Below are positions 1 through 18,865 of a stretch of DNA of 64,000 nucleotides, one piece after another (position 1 is the first letter of the stretch; each line of letters starts with the position of its first letter). The DNA is from Orbicella franksi. Lineage: Eukaryota. The notes beneath the pieces are model-generated. The model made no database searches, was not told where the DNA came from, and worked only from the letters and a program-made list of their open reading frames with translations. The stretch is from assembly GCA_964199315.1 (NCBI GenBank), contig OZ116711.1:23002001-23066000 (forward strand). The letters are read 5' to 3'. The position numbers and the translations under genes are program-made.

Positions 1-160
1 TATTTCTAATGTATGGCATTCATACAGTACTTTCAGTTGGTAACAATAAACTGTCCTTAAAACTAATATTTATAACTAGTCGGTAGTTTCTACTTTGTAC
101 CATCTTACATAAGGTGAGAAAAAGTTTAAATGAAAACACTATTCTGTTATTTCTTTACAG

Positions 161-6542
<6,382 letters not shown>

Positions 6543-7432
6543 GGAGAAAACTAATAGTCTGCGGCCCCAGGGTATCACCGTGGGGTTGCCTGTAGTGGCT
6601 ATCCCGGATGAGCGCAACCCAGCTACTTCATAAAATGGTGGCCAAGAAAGTTAGTGGTGGATTTTGGACGTTTTAATGCACGTTCATGGAAACGTTATTT
6701 ATCTATATCTTGTACAGGTTAAAACGTGTGGACAGATTAATAATCTGGTGTGGTATTTGTCAGTGGAGTTGTAAAATGTTTATTTATTGCTTGAAGTATG
6801 TGTGAAAACGTTAAACAGATAGCAATGGTAAAGTGGTCGTTGTTTAGCACAGATGTATTATATTATTAACAGATTTTGCCGTTTAAATGGACTCACCATC
6901 TCCGTTATATACATATAAATGCTAAACCGTCGCTCGCCAAAACAATTTTGTGGAACAAGGACGTCAAATGGCACTCGACGGACGGTTTCGAGTCGCATTT
7001 CTCAATCCAAAAGAACACTCGAAATACTGCGAATGTATGACAGCGACAGCATGACTTCATGAAGATAAGTTGTGTTGCTAAGCAACAAAACCTCTGACGA
7101 AAATCAGGGACTGGGTCAAGTCGTGCATGGAAACGAGGATCGACCGAAATAGTTCTGATAGCAGTAACCAATGAAATAAGGGAAGTAATGAAGATTTCCA
7201 CGGCTGTTCTTACGTTGCCCGCAGGAAAGCAAATACACAGCAGTTTTGTGAACAAAAAGGCGCGCATAAGCTTTAAACCACCGTATTCTTAACGCACGTG
7301 CCAAACTAGGTTCCTTGTTCTGTGAGAGAGAATGATAATTAAAAATCTTAAACTGGATGTCATTTGTCAATTGATTAGAACTGTTTCTTGACTTTTCATT
7401 TTGCGAGTAACCTTGTATCCTGCTTCTGCAGA

Positions 7433-7612
7433 AGAGTAGGGATGGCTCAGTGGTGAGAGTGCTCGCCTCCCACCAATGCGACCCGGGTTCGATTCCGGCC
7501 CGGTGCCATATGTGGGTTGAGTTTGTTGTTGGTTCTCGCCTTGCTCCGAGTGTTTTCTCGGGGTTCTCCAGTTTCCCTCCCTCCTGAAAAACCAACATTT
7601 CCAAATTCCAAT
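7433..7612 (+). mobile_element. tRNA-derived SINE (family A), copy 1
   Basis: Pol III A box TGGCTCAGTGG (7443-7453) and B box GGTTCGATTCC (7486-7496), followed by a non-tRNA body gtgccatatgtgggttgagtttgttgttgg. A second copy lies at about 37757. Confidence 0.85.
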
Positions 7613-7684
7613 TTTTACAATTTATTTATTTCAAGGGATTATTTTTCAGTCAAACGAAGAGGTCTGGTAGCGAACCAGTGACAT

Positions 7685-9271
7685 TTAAACGTACGTCACA
7701 CTATGGTAATTTTCTTCTTCAGCCGTAATATCTTTTCCATTACAGTTTTTAACTCGATAAGAATCGTCCTTAAAACATGAACAGCATTTTCTCCGAAGCC
7801 GTTTAGCTGTTGATCTTTTCTCCATGAACTCGGCCAGAGCATTAAGCGCACTAGAAACCACACACAAACCAAGCGTGGTCCAAGTCAGGTGAAATGCTAT
7901 ATTGGCTGTTTTCCGAGCTGCATTTTTTGAATGCTCACCATTTTGGGAAGAGGCTGTGGTTCTAGAGAAGCCTGGTACGTAATCGCCATACCCGATCGTT
8001 GAGAAACTGATAAACCAAAAATAAAACCCTTCAAGGAATGTCATATCATTAGCGTCATCGGTATACATTTGCAGTGTTGCTCCCAGTACTAACATTATTA
8101 ACATAAGCACGCAAGTCACTGCAGTACTCTTGGCCGCCACGTTAGCCGGTTCTCGTTTGAAGTATTTTCTTTCAATCTTTGTGATGAAGGAGCTGATTCC
8201 ACGGCTGATTAACTCACCAACTGACTTAAATGCCAGGATGGTTACAGGAATGCCCAGTACGGCAAATACGACACACAGAGCTTGACCAAGACTTGTGGAC
8301 GGAGCTAGCCTGCCGTATCCTAAAAAGTATAAATGAAATCATAGTAGATATTTTTTTTTTTTTTATCGAGTAAAGATATTGTTTCCCGACTCTGTAGTAG
8401 ACATAATAAAAACAGAGATGCCGAGTTAAGCAGAGTGAATGTTTTAGCGATCACGAGCTTTCGACGCTGTCACAGCGTCTTTCTCAAGTGAATATAGCGA
8501 GAATCTACTTGTCACGTGAACTTGGGGGGACCAAGTCACCTTCCAAAACATTCTCATATAGGGCCGGAAGTTCAAGTCCACGGTCTCGACTGCATTTTTT
8601 TATTTGTTTGTTTGATGGACCAGTTTAAATTGACCGGGTTTGGGACAGGGAATCGGATACCTGGAGTTAAGTGGGAACGCTCTTCCCTTTCCACCCCCAG
8701 ACAATAGGGATTTTATTCATTCAAACGATATTCCAACAATTGTTTGCGGGTAAGAGGCAAGAAGGTTCTGGAGCAACCTCCTTTCCCGGGATCTCTCATC
8801 TTTCCGCCCTCCCGGAGCGAGAGAGGAGAAAAGATGAGATACCCTGGGAACGAAGCTGAGGCAAGCACTCGGAAAATTGAATCATGGCCTGCCATGATCA
8901 CCGAGAGCATTAAATAACATTTTTTTTTTGGTAAAACATTCTAGGTTCGGCTTACCAATAGTCGTCAATGTTTCGAATGCAAACCGCACGCTTTGGAAAT
9001 AACTCCATGAGGGCCCAGCCATATTAAATGCATCGTCAGTGATCTCAATGAAATTATCAAAGTCGTCTTGGGACATGTTGTATTTCTTTGCCATGTCTTC
9101 TCTCAGGCTGACCAGAAGTTCTTCCTTTCTCTTTAAATTATTTACGGCATTGGGATGTTCCACTGCGGCGAAAATTAACCCTCCAGATGCTGCGAGCACG
9201 GAGAACGCGATCACGCGAAACAGGGTCTTCCACAACAACGGGCGGGCACTTTGTGAACAACAGCCACTCAT
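7685..9271 (-). CDS. Two-pore-domain (K2P/KCNK) potassium channel, 2 coding exons, 316 aa
   Basis: Exons 8956-9271 and 7685-8319 join in frame (phase 1 GT-AG) to give P1 FAFETLTTIG|YGRLAP, TM2 LCVVFAVLGIPVTILAFKSVGE, TM3, P2 FYFWFISFSTIGYGDYVP and TM4. An acceptor at 9284-9285 implies an upstream non-coding exon. KCNK subfamily cannot be assigned by eye. Confidence 0.95.
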
Positions 9272-9892
9272 GTTGAGAAAGGTCTAAAAACAAAAAGGAT
9301 GTTTCAAATTGCATTTACAAGTAAAAGCAGTGCAGTAATGAAAATGTCTCATTCTTGGATTCAGTTACGAACTGACCGACTTCAAAACCATGAAAAATGT
9401 GCATGGTTGCCACTTCGCCTTAGATTTGCCTAAAGTTCGTGCTCGACTTCGTTTTCCGATTTCAATGTTGATTTCTCCCGCTTTCGACCTCGTTTTCCGA
9501 CTATGAAATGCGGCTTCGGTTTTTAAGTTAGTGAGGGAAACCTGAAAATATCTTTCGATATGAACCTTTAAGGCCACAACTGGTTCAATAATATTGCACG
9601 AACTGATTTTGTGAAGAAGTAGGTCGTTTGTTTCCTAATTTTAATTTAAACAAGTTGTCATTTCGTTCACTTTTGCGCTAATCTGCATAAGACGCATTCA
9701 ACTTTCGGTGTTCTGTTTTTAAATTTAGGCAGGCAGAGATGAAATTGCAAGTAATTATTAAGATCAGCCTAGTCGGGAGTTTTTTAAATTGATTCCTTTT
9801 CCAACATGATCATTTCCTATATCATTTTAATCGTCTATCAATACAAAGTATCAAAACAACTCGATATCGTACATCATGGACATGGTCTTCTG

Positions 9893-10065
9893 TATTGCTG
9901 GTTTTCGGTGTCACGCCACTCAAAATAGATCAGAATAAAAATCAAAACCGTTCAATAGATAAAGTCCAGAATCTGGGAAATGAAAGAAGGTTAATATGCA
10001 GACTCTCGCCAAGATTCTGGTCACAGCAATTTTTCTTATGCAAGATATGCGGAGAAATGTTTTAC

Positions 10066-10099
<34 letters not shown>

Positions 10100-10482
10100 C
10101 TGGTGCCCATCCGTATGGGCACCTACATGGCGGCCGGAAACCAACAGAAACTGTTTATCTGTCACTGAGTTTTGCTGCAAAAGCGTGACTTATCCCTCGA
10201 GAAACTCTAAAACATTTAAATAATACTTTTTGTAAGACATGAACTGTTCAGATAGCCAAATTCCCCGAAATAAGTCATCGTCGTCATGTAAATGCCGCGT
10301 CATGCACGCAAAAGCTTCGAGATTCAAGCGTAGTCTATCACAAAACGAAGAACCCATTCGGAGCGAAAATTTGTATAAATATTAGTTTTCAGCTGCTCTT
10401 ATACATCATTAAAGTAAAATCTCAGGAAGATCAATAGTTTTGTAGTTTGAATTTTAGTGACGTCATGTGAAAACCAACTATA
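9893..10482. mobile_element. Non-autonomous DNA transposon-like repeat (~590 bp)
   Basis: Degenerate terminal inverted similarity: tattgctggttttc..gtgtcacgcc at left vs gtgacgtcatgtgaaaaccaactata at right. Only short spurious ORFs inside. Confidence 0.5.
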
Positions 10483-13280
10483 GAGAATGCATGTTTGGAA
10501 TCTTTAAGGCAATTTAAAATCTTCCTTTATATCAAGCATCAATTTTACATATATAATCGTACCTCAGGACTATCCCAGATGACAAATATTGAAGAAGTAT
10601 TATCCGATAACAGGAGCAAACGGTGCTTTCTGAAAGACGGACCTCCTTCGTCACACTAAATATCCTTCACAACAAGTGTTGAGAATTGTCGATATTTTTT
10701 TTAAGCTATTCAAACATTGAGCAGATGATCGTTATGTCTGTTTGCTTTTGTATGCAAATGACATGCAGATAGTATTAGCGAATGAAAACCAAGCTACTCG
10801 CGTGAGACATCTTTTCGTATAAAAACACCATGTCATTTCAAAGGTATTAAAGAGGGACAGCTGAACTATCTGAAATATCTTAATAGCTAATTCCATAGTC
10901 GTTTTTTTCTAGGCTAATTTCAGTTTCTCATATTACTAGTTGATTCTTTGAGTGTAGTCGACAAAAGGTCACTGCAATAGTTAAAAAAAATGAAATTTCT
11001 ACTTTCTAGGGAAACTTCTTGCAGGATGTCATATTCGGCCCTTTGGAAGGGGAGTCGAATTTATTTTGTTTGGATTTGTCAGCTGGAATAAGAGCTGAAT
11101 GTACCTGTTCATCATATTTACAGCTTTCCTTTGTATTCCAGTTGAAACATCGACACCATCTATTGTATTTTGAATCATGTTTTCATTAATCACAAAGAAT
11201 ATTTCTTGAGATAAGATAAAGCGATAAGCACACACGCAGTGTTATAAACTTGAAAGCTTTTACTATTCGTGTTCGCTGACGAACAAAAGCTTTATTATCC
11301 ATGGCTAAATTTAATTTAGCAAAGTCTTTGAATTTTTCATCTACATGCGGCATTCACCCTGATGTCTCTTGTCATGAAAATACTTAAGTAGCCTTTAAAA
11401 GCAAGCCGTACATCCCTTATCCGAAGCATACACAACACATTTCTGATACAACATGGTAGTTTTTCACCGTTCGCAAACCCATTCGCAAAGATGTGATTAA
11501 AATTTACGCAGTATCCGAGAGATTTTCGCTTTCGTACAAACACGCCGCCGGCTCCGAACAGAAGGTTATCTCTGTGTGAGCTCACAGATGCCAAGCTTCG
11601 CTAAGAAACTTTGCAACTGGATTGGGTTAAAAACGTATTTTTTCAAACACAAGTCAGTAATCCCAGTACAGTAAATTAACAAGCGTCGCTCACGGGTAAA
11701 TTCTTTGCCTTCCCCTCACCGGCGACACCAGAGGAACAAGCTGATCGTTTATGAATGCAGCTTACTTCACTTACCTGTTTAAATACACAACAACCAAGAC
11801 ATCAAAGTATGTTGACACATGGAAGACGATTTGTAAAACGTTCACATTCAATGGCCTCTATGCTATTGGAGTTTATTTTTCCCTTGATTAAACCTTGTCA
11901 CAGATCAAATATTATTGTCGTGCAAAATGGCCTGGGTTAGGCTGTAATGGAAATAGCTGACGACTAGATCAAACAGCCCGCCAACAGCAAAAAAAAAAAT
12001 GCATTTTCGATATAATTAAAATTCAATTTTGATAGCGAGGTTAAAAAGATGGGCTGGGAAAATGAAATTTAGTTCAGAAGGACTGGCAGAATCTCGAACA
12101 AAAAACTAGAAATGGGAGTAGAATTTGGGCCAAGCATTGGCTTGGAAATACGATTTGGGCAAAATGTGGGCTTCGAAATGGCATACCTATTTTCTTGATT
12201 GAGTGCCGATATGGCTATTTGGAGGGGAGATGGGTGGCGCTGGTTCAAAAAATCGTTTTCAATTTCGGATTTAGACAGCCTCGACCCGATGACCGTTGGG
12301 CATTGGCTGCGCGATCATGGAACCGAGACTAAATATAATTTTGAAAGCGTGACGTGAAGCTTAAAATAGATTGCAAAAGATTACCATAAGGTACGGGAAT
12401 GTGTTCTCTCAGGATCGTGATCTCTTGTTTTTAACTAGATAACAACTTTTTTAAGCTTAACCCTGTGCATCCCAAGCACGCATATACGCGTACTTGATAG
12501 TCGTCCTCTTTGTACCACTTGTGACGTCACAATTTAAATGTCACCAAATATTCTTGGTAAGCAGATAGTAGAGATATATCTATCCGCACAACAGTTGGTT
12601 TTGGATATCGACGGTATTCTGACATAACAAATTGAAAAACAACGTTATCAGTTTTGGTGCAAAAATGGTCGTAAAATGGCCTATTATACCTATAATTGAT
12701 CAAGGTCCCATTTCCCGGCTTTGCCCATAATTAACACCCAACTTTTCAGGGTAGCAAGAAAGAGCATGAAGCGCAAAGAGATTCGAGGGTAAAAAGGGCC
12801 GAGAAAAAGGTAAAGGAAGGGGTAAGAAGAAAATTCAGAGCGGGCGATCGCAAAAAAAAAAGTCCAGTTTGGCTTATGCGCATGTATCAAATTAAAATAT
12901 TCTACATTTTTGCAACTTATCTTCGGGAAATCTATCTTTTTAGTAAGAAAATAGCTTTTGCTGCAAAACTAAGGCTCATTATATTTGGTGTCATGACAGC
13001 CAAAAAACTGATTTAACGGTTAAAAACGGCATTTTTTTTTTCGTGAAAATTTCTGTTTTAATTAACAAATAAAGAAGTCTAAGCAGTGTATTACACTGTG
13101 ATAAACCACAACGGGCGTTTGAGAACACGAGGGAAATGTGATATTTAGAAATTGTTTCAAATTGCACTCTCCTAAAGGCTCGTGCAGTTTTAAGAGAATT
13201 TTCAAATGTCACTCATAGTGCTAATCCTTAATTGCATTCACATTCATAAGATTACCTATACTTGTTGACATGAATTATTA

Positions 13281-13830
13281 ATGAAAACTGAAACGTGATT
13301 GAAAATGAAATTTTGAATGTCAAGATGTTGACATGATATATTATCTTATTAGATGTTTTGGTGAGTAGTATCGCTGTATAAGTTGTGCCGTATTTTGAGG
13401 AGCCCGTCAAAATACAAACAACGAGTAAAAATATAAAGCGATACTACACACCAAAATAACTAGTAAGAGATTTATTATCGAACTGCTGTAGTCAATAAAT
13501 TTATTATTGAAAGAGGGAGAGTGTGACAGTTTTGCGTGCGCGCGCCGTCCTGTCCGCCAAACAGGTTTTCTACTGCACAATATCGCTGTATATTTGTACT
13601 GTTATTTGGACGGTATTCGCTGCAGTTGGATAATAAAAGAGTATAATCTACCTCAATACACAGCCACATGCTCAGATTATTAAGTTTCGTAAGTTATGCA
13701 TCCTCTGGTATCATGGTATTGCAGTTTCGTGTTAATCTAGCTTGATTTCGCCCGACGCGTTTATTTCATACATTACTGTAAATTCACCTACCAACAACAC
13801 ACCCATATCCTGAATTTAATTATGTCAACT
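13281..13830 (+). repeat. Diverged direct repeat, copy 1 (homologous to about 26919-27165, with a ~300-bp insertion here)
   Basis: atgaaaactgaaac...tgaatgtcaagatgttgacatga, and acctcaat...agccac...gctcag...taagtt..cgtaa...cctctggta.catg...gtttcgtgtta...agcttgatttcg..cgacgcgtttatttcatac...actgtaaatt....taccaacaac.cacc, both align to the 27-kb copy. Confidence 0.8.
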
Positions 13831-15291
13831 GTTGTACGGAGGAAGGGGGCGCGGGGGGGGGGGGTGAGGAGGGGATGTAGAGAGTTTCAGTAGACATATC
13901 GTTAGTTGTGGTTAACTTGTATTACCAGTGGAATCCTATTCTTTCGAACACTCCATTTTTCGAATCTCCAGATTATTGCAAGCAATTCTTTGCTCCCCTG
14001 TCAAAAACGTGAGCAGATTACATTTACCTCGATTTTCAAACCAGCTGATTTTCGGAACCAATTTCCGTTTCCGTTTTAAAGTGGTTCGGAAAATCTGAAG
14101 TTTCCAAAAGTCGAGGACAAATTTCTTCTATCCAGCATTTCAGGAGAAAAGAACTTCTTAATGAGCTTGGCTCTACGTTCCAATTTAAAGTGAACTTTGT
14201 GTTGTTAATTTCTATCGGGAAATTGGTTCGGGGATTTATGTTTCACTGTACTCTAAATGTTAATTCAAATTAAACACGCGTTTATATAGATGAAATCACA
14301 ATTGCTTTGCAAAATTAAATCACTGTTAAATAGAGTTTGTCAAATTTAAAAAAAACGTAATACAAATCTTAATTACTAGATTCCCAAAGAACTAGTGTCG
14401 CCAGACATCTCTTAAACCATTTTCATTTTTTAAAGGTTGAAATTATTTCTTTAGTTGAAAATAATTAGTAAGAGACATTTTATCGTATTTTCTATGTAAT
14501 GAATGAAGGGAAGATGTATTTTGTATAACTGATGTAAGAGTTCTCATTTCACTCTCATTTCACTTGCCGTAACCAAAATGGCGGAGTCCAGGATAGACTG
14601 GTATTTCAGATCACTTGTAGCTGCGCTCACTCCTGACAGATGCCATCAGCGCGCACTCGAAGAGAAAATTCGTACCCCGCACGGTTACATAGCGGCTTCG
14701 GCGCTGAGATTTTTTTCCCAAGTATCTGAAGTTGTCAATTTCCGTTTTATTGAAAAAAAACAAAGACAAAAATATATGCCGAGTGAAAAACAAACAAACA
14801 AACAAACAATCAGACAAGAGGCTGGGAACAAATAATCACAGTTGGCCGAAAACTCGATATTTACTTGTCCTCAACCATCTTAAAATAATAGTGATCGCGT
14901 CTGAAGATCAGTAAAACACAAAGTACTCGGAAATAAACTGCGAAATTATGTTTCTCGGCAGGTTTGAATATGGTTCAAAATTTCAACCGTCAGCGGAGAA
15001 ATGAAGCGTTTTTTAACTTGTAGCTGAGATCTGGAATCTGCAAAGCTTACTGATACCTGAGAGAAATCGATACCTGATGGCTGATGAGAAATCGCCAGAA
15101 ATCGAGCAAAGATTTCAGCACCCTTATCCAGACCTCTCTCATTATAATCGGTTAAAATGGAACTCACTTCGTTAGATTTGAGAAAGTCACACGAATAGAC
15201 GATGACGTAAGTTCATTCGGGGGAATATCTCCGTTTCTGTTTATTACCTTATCACCAAAAACGAAGCGTAACTTGCTCATTTAATTTGTAC

Positions 15292-15303
15292 GGGGAATTC
15301 CCC
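15292..15303. promoter_or_regulatory. Perfect NF-kB (kB) palindrome GGGGAATTCCCC
   Basis: Exact 12-bp match to the canonical p50-type site. A CRE-like TGACGTAA lies at about 15203-15210. Target gene unknown. Confidence 0.4.
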
Positions 15304-18300
15304 TCTGCAGATGGTCTTTAGAAACCTATATTACGTGGTCACAGGATTAATTCAAGTTGCTACCAGTGCTCACGGAAAAAAAAGAAAACTATGAAACCGT
15401 ACCGCTCATTCCAAATAATAAGAAAAGATAAATGCCAGACCAGCTCTTGTATCTGAGTTAACTTTACGTACGAACCTCACTGCATTCGGTCTTTAGTCAC
15501 GACCTCGATTAAGATTCTCCCATACAGACCTCCTGCTCAGTTAATAAGAACTAAGTAAAATTTAAACCAAATTCAGGGTGCTTTGTAGCTTGAAAGTGAA
15601 CCACGGGGGCTAATTTTTTTCTGTTTCTATTTGTAGTTGAACGCTTTCTTTGCATATTCAGCTGGAGCTTAAACCCATAGACGCACTGAAGATCAGAGAT
15701 CTCGCTAATTGCGAGATTCTTAGCAGTCAAGTAAAAAGTAAATTCATTTTTTTCTGACTAGGCGCTGTTCTTGTTGTCATCGTCCTCGTTGCTCTGTATT
15801 ACGTTGTACGTCCCGCCTTATACGTGTGCGTTTTCTTTTTTCTTTCTCCCGTGGGTATCCGAGATGAAAAATATGTTCTCTGATGATTAACACGCACCTT
15901 AATCTACACCCAATACTTGGGCGGCTGGGTGTGGTCACAGAGGTAACTCACGTTTGGGAGTGCCATGTGTGTGTGTAGGGAGGGGGCGGTGGGGAGTGGT
16001 GGGAGAAGGCGAAGCATGGGGGGTGGAAACCTGATTCACAGAGCTGATTACCTGTCACGAGCTCAGGAAAAAAAATCAAATTCAGCTGGCAATTAATCCC
16101 TCTAGAAAACCCATTTATAGGGTTAAGGCTAGGTCACCCGGTCAGTGGAACTTCTTCTGAGGAACAGACTTTTAACGGAATAGGTTTATCTTAACGAAAG
16201 ACTTCGTTAATGCTGATAATGAGCGCAATTCCCTTGTCGTTTTACTCGGTTACTCACCGCACATTTCTTTAGCCGTCGACAACACAGACGAAAGGAAGTG
16301 GTTAAAATTTTACACACTGAGTCATGCTTGTGTGTTCAGAAAACAAACATGTACCTAAACTGGATGTGTAATTGTGACTTAAATTGCGAATGAAAACTGA
16401 AACACTAGGGGAAAATGAAACGTGTCAAAAGTGTAGCAATGACAGATGCTATAATACGGCAAAATAAGACTGTGTTAAATGCCACAAAATAAGCGATAGG
16501 GCTGGATATGCTAAATATGGAATTACAAATTTCACTATAGCTGCTGCGGGCTGCAAATATTAGATAGCTACTCGCCCTGTTTCTTTAATTTGATACATGT
16601 TCTATACATCTATATATCCGTGGCCAGTCGAAACCGAAAGCGTATCCCACGGTTCGAAAGTCTGCTAACTCTCGCGTCATTGTTATTTTGAAGAAGACCC
16701 TGTTTAGCTGCTAGAGGCTAGAAATTTGAATTTCATTCTGATTTAAATTTCTCATCGAGCGGTAAGTAGTGTACAGTAAGATTGCCTTCAATTTTGAACT
16801 AAAGAACTAACAACTAACTGTTTTATTTGTAAGATAAACTATAATATTAGATAAACACAGAAATAAATGACAAATTGAGAAATTACATTGGCCACTGAGA
16901 AATATAAACTTGTGAAGTTTACTGGCTAATAGATATTGAGGCGTTAAGCGTGTTAAACCTTGCCATCAGATGACATAAAGCTGAAGCAAAACATATGTAC
17001 TGGAAGAGAAAAGTAAAAACCTCAGTAAAATAATGGTCATAAGATGGGTGGCCGCTGAACGAAAAACGTATCTTTGAGTCTCTGAAGTTACCAATAAAAA
17101 ATGAGGGATTTGGACTTAAATAATTTCTTAGTTTAAAACGCGAATTACGTTTTAACGAATAGCTACTTTTCTACTATGATGAAGGTGGACAGATGCCACC
17201 GAAAATTCAGTGAACAAAAACCTACAGATCAAATATATTTAATTAAAATGATCAGTCTACCGATCGCAACAATCAAAGTGATTTGAACTTCGTTCTCAGA
17301 AAGCTATTCATTTTATAGTTCAGTATCTTGGTGTCAGTTAAAGCATGGAATAGAATATACGAACAAGGCTGTAATGATTCTTCTGTTATCTTGCAGACGA
17401 ATTCCCTTTTGTCTTCTGACAAGCTTATACACGGTTCTTGCTGTTAATTTTTTTCCTTCACACTGCGAAAGGGAAATAGTGGTGATTCAGGTTGCCTGTA
17501 ACAATATTCTAGCAGACCTCGTTTTTGGTAAGTATCCTCATCGCCGAATCTACCTTTATTTTTACATACCTACTGAACGTTTTAATGAACCTCCCGAGTG
17601 CGACTTTTGATGTGAACAATAAGCTTTAAAAGGAGGAGAAAACTTTTACAATTAAGATTACAACGTTAAACGTTCAGTAAAAAGGAATAGTTAAGATTTC
17701 AATACCTTTTGAAACCCTTTTATTTCAAGATTTTCTTAAAAATTGTCACAAGTTTTTAAGTCGTTTGTTAAGAGTTCCAGACCATAACAGTTCATTTAAA
17801 GTTCTCTGGCCCTAGTAGCAATTTTAAATTAAGGCTGTAAAGAATAGAAGGTAGTATTTGTTGACGAAACGCTATATACTAGAAAAGGTTCTACCAAAAC
17901 AATATAATAAAAAAAGGTTGTGATGAAATTGCCGGCAAAAGTAGTATAAAGTAAAGAATTCAGAGTGCCTTCGTATAACTAACCCCAACCAGTTATTCTT
18001 TGTTTTTAATGTTGTTATTTTTCATTGAGAAGCTTTGAACGCCCCAGTAATTCATTGTTCTATCATAGGAAATCCTTTTGCTGATCCAGACTGAATTGGA
18101 TTTCATTCTGATTTTGACTCCCCAAGTAACGGTAAGAACAGTAAACTTAAGGCTAGTCATAAGATATCGTCTATTTGATGCCCTCGTTTGGCATGTTTAC
18201 TGTACATTAAAAATATTTTTACAGTCATTAAAATCAAGGACTAATGTATCATTGTCCTTCTCAGGGAAAGAGCCTTGTTGATGACGTAGTAGAAGTTGGA

Positions 18301-18492
18301 TTTCGTTCTGATTCGCACATCACTAGAGACAGTTACAAGGGTAAGTTTAAGCCATGTTTTTATGACTCTACGTATTAGGTTTGAATTAATTTAGAATGCA
18401 GAAATATGGATGTACATGTATAAAAGTATAAATGCAAACTACAGCGCAGAATATCATCATGCTTTAGAAGGGATTGACCGGAATCCTCGGTG

Positions 18493-18865
18493 ACTTTCAG
18501 TTTCATGGACGCTGATCTTCGTCCTTGGTTTTCTTGGCTTGTGTTCATTTTGTTGGTGACTGTCAGTTTTGCACGTCTGTCAGCCTCTGACTGGCAGCTA
18601 CATGTGTTTGTCTTCGTATGAGGCCTACAGTTTTGTGCGTTTAGTCTGTAACTTTCAGATTTCCGTGTTATTTTTGTCTGTGAATAGTAAGCTGTGCGTC
18701 TATCTATGTCTGTGATCAAGACTTTCAGTTTAGCGTGTTCCTTTAGATCTGGGGCTTTCAGTTTTCTTAAGCTTATCTTGGTGAGTAAATTGCAGTTTTG
18801 TTTGTTTATGTTTCTTTGTAAAATTTAAGGCATGTTTCTCTATCTTGGTCTGAAACTTTCATTTC
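18493..18865. promoter_or_regulatory. Cluster of IRF-E/ISRE-like motifs upstream of the TPR-CHAT gene
   Basis: Read on the - strand: GAAACTGAAAGT (18493-18504), GGAAATCTGAAAGT (18651-18664), AAACTGAAAGT (18721-18731), GAAAACTGAAAGC (18754-18766), GAAATGAAAGT (18855-18865). One more, GGAAACTGAAAT, at 19508-19519. Motif match only. Confidence 0.45.

Noticed and set aside
7116-7604. 162-aa ORF (and similar ORFs at 36011-36267, 37698-37963, 40582-40882, 31927-32133)
   Set aside because: These are translations of SINE sequence, and the same pseudo-peptides recur at each copy.
7433-7612. tRNA gene (also at 37757 and 40690)
   Set aside because: A and B boxes are present, but there is no complete cloverleaf or acceptor stem. 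The sequence runs into a repeated non-tRNA body, so these are SINEs.
12457-13024. piggyBac-like element starting TTAA|CCCTGTGCATCCC
   Set aside because: No matching right terminal inverted repeat with GGG|TTAA was found, so boundaries cannot be supported.
14578-14835. 85-aa ORF MAESRIDWYF... with a good-looking start
   Set aside because: No recognisable domain or hydrophobic segment, and it ends in an A-rich low-complexity tract. The aaaatggcgg start resembles a YY1-like or repeat motif.
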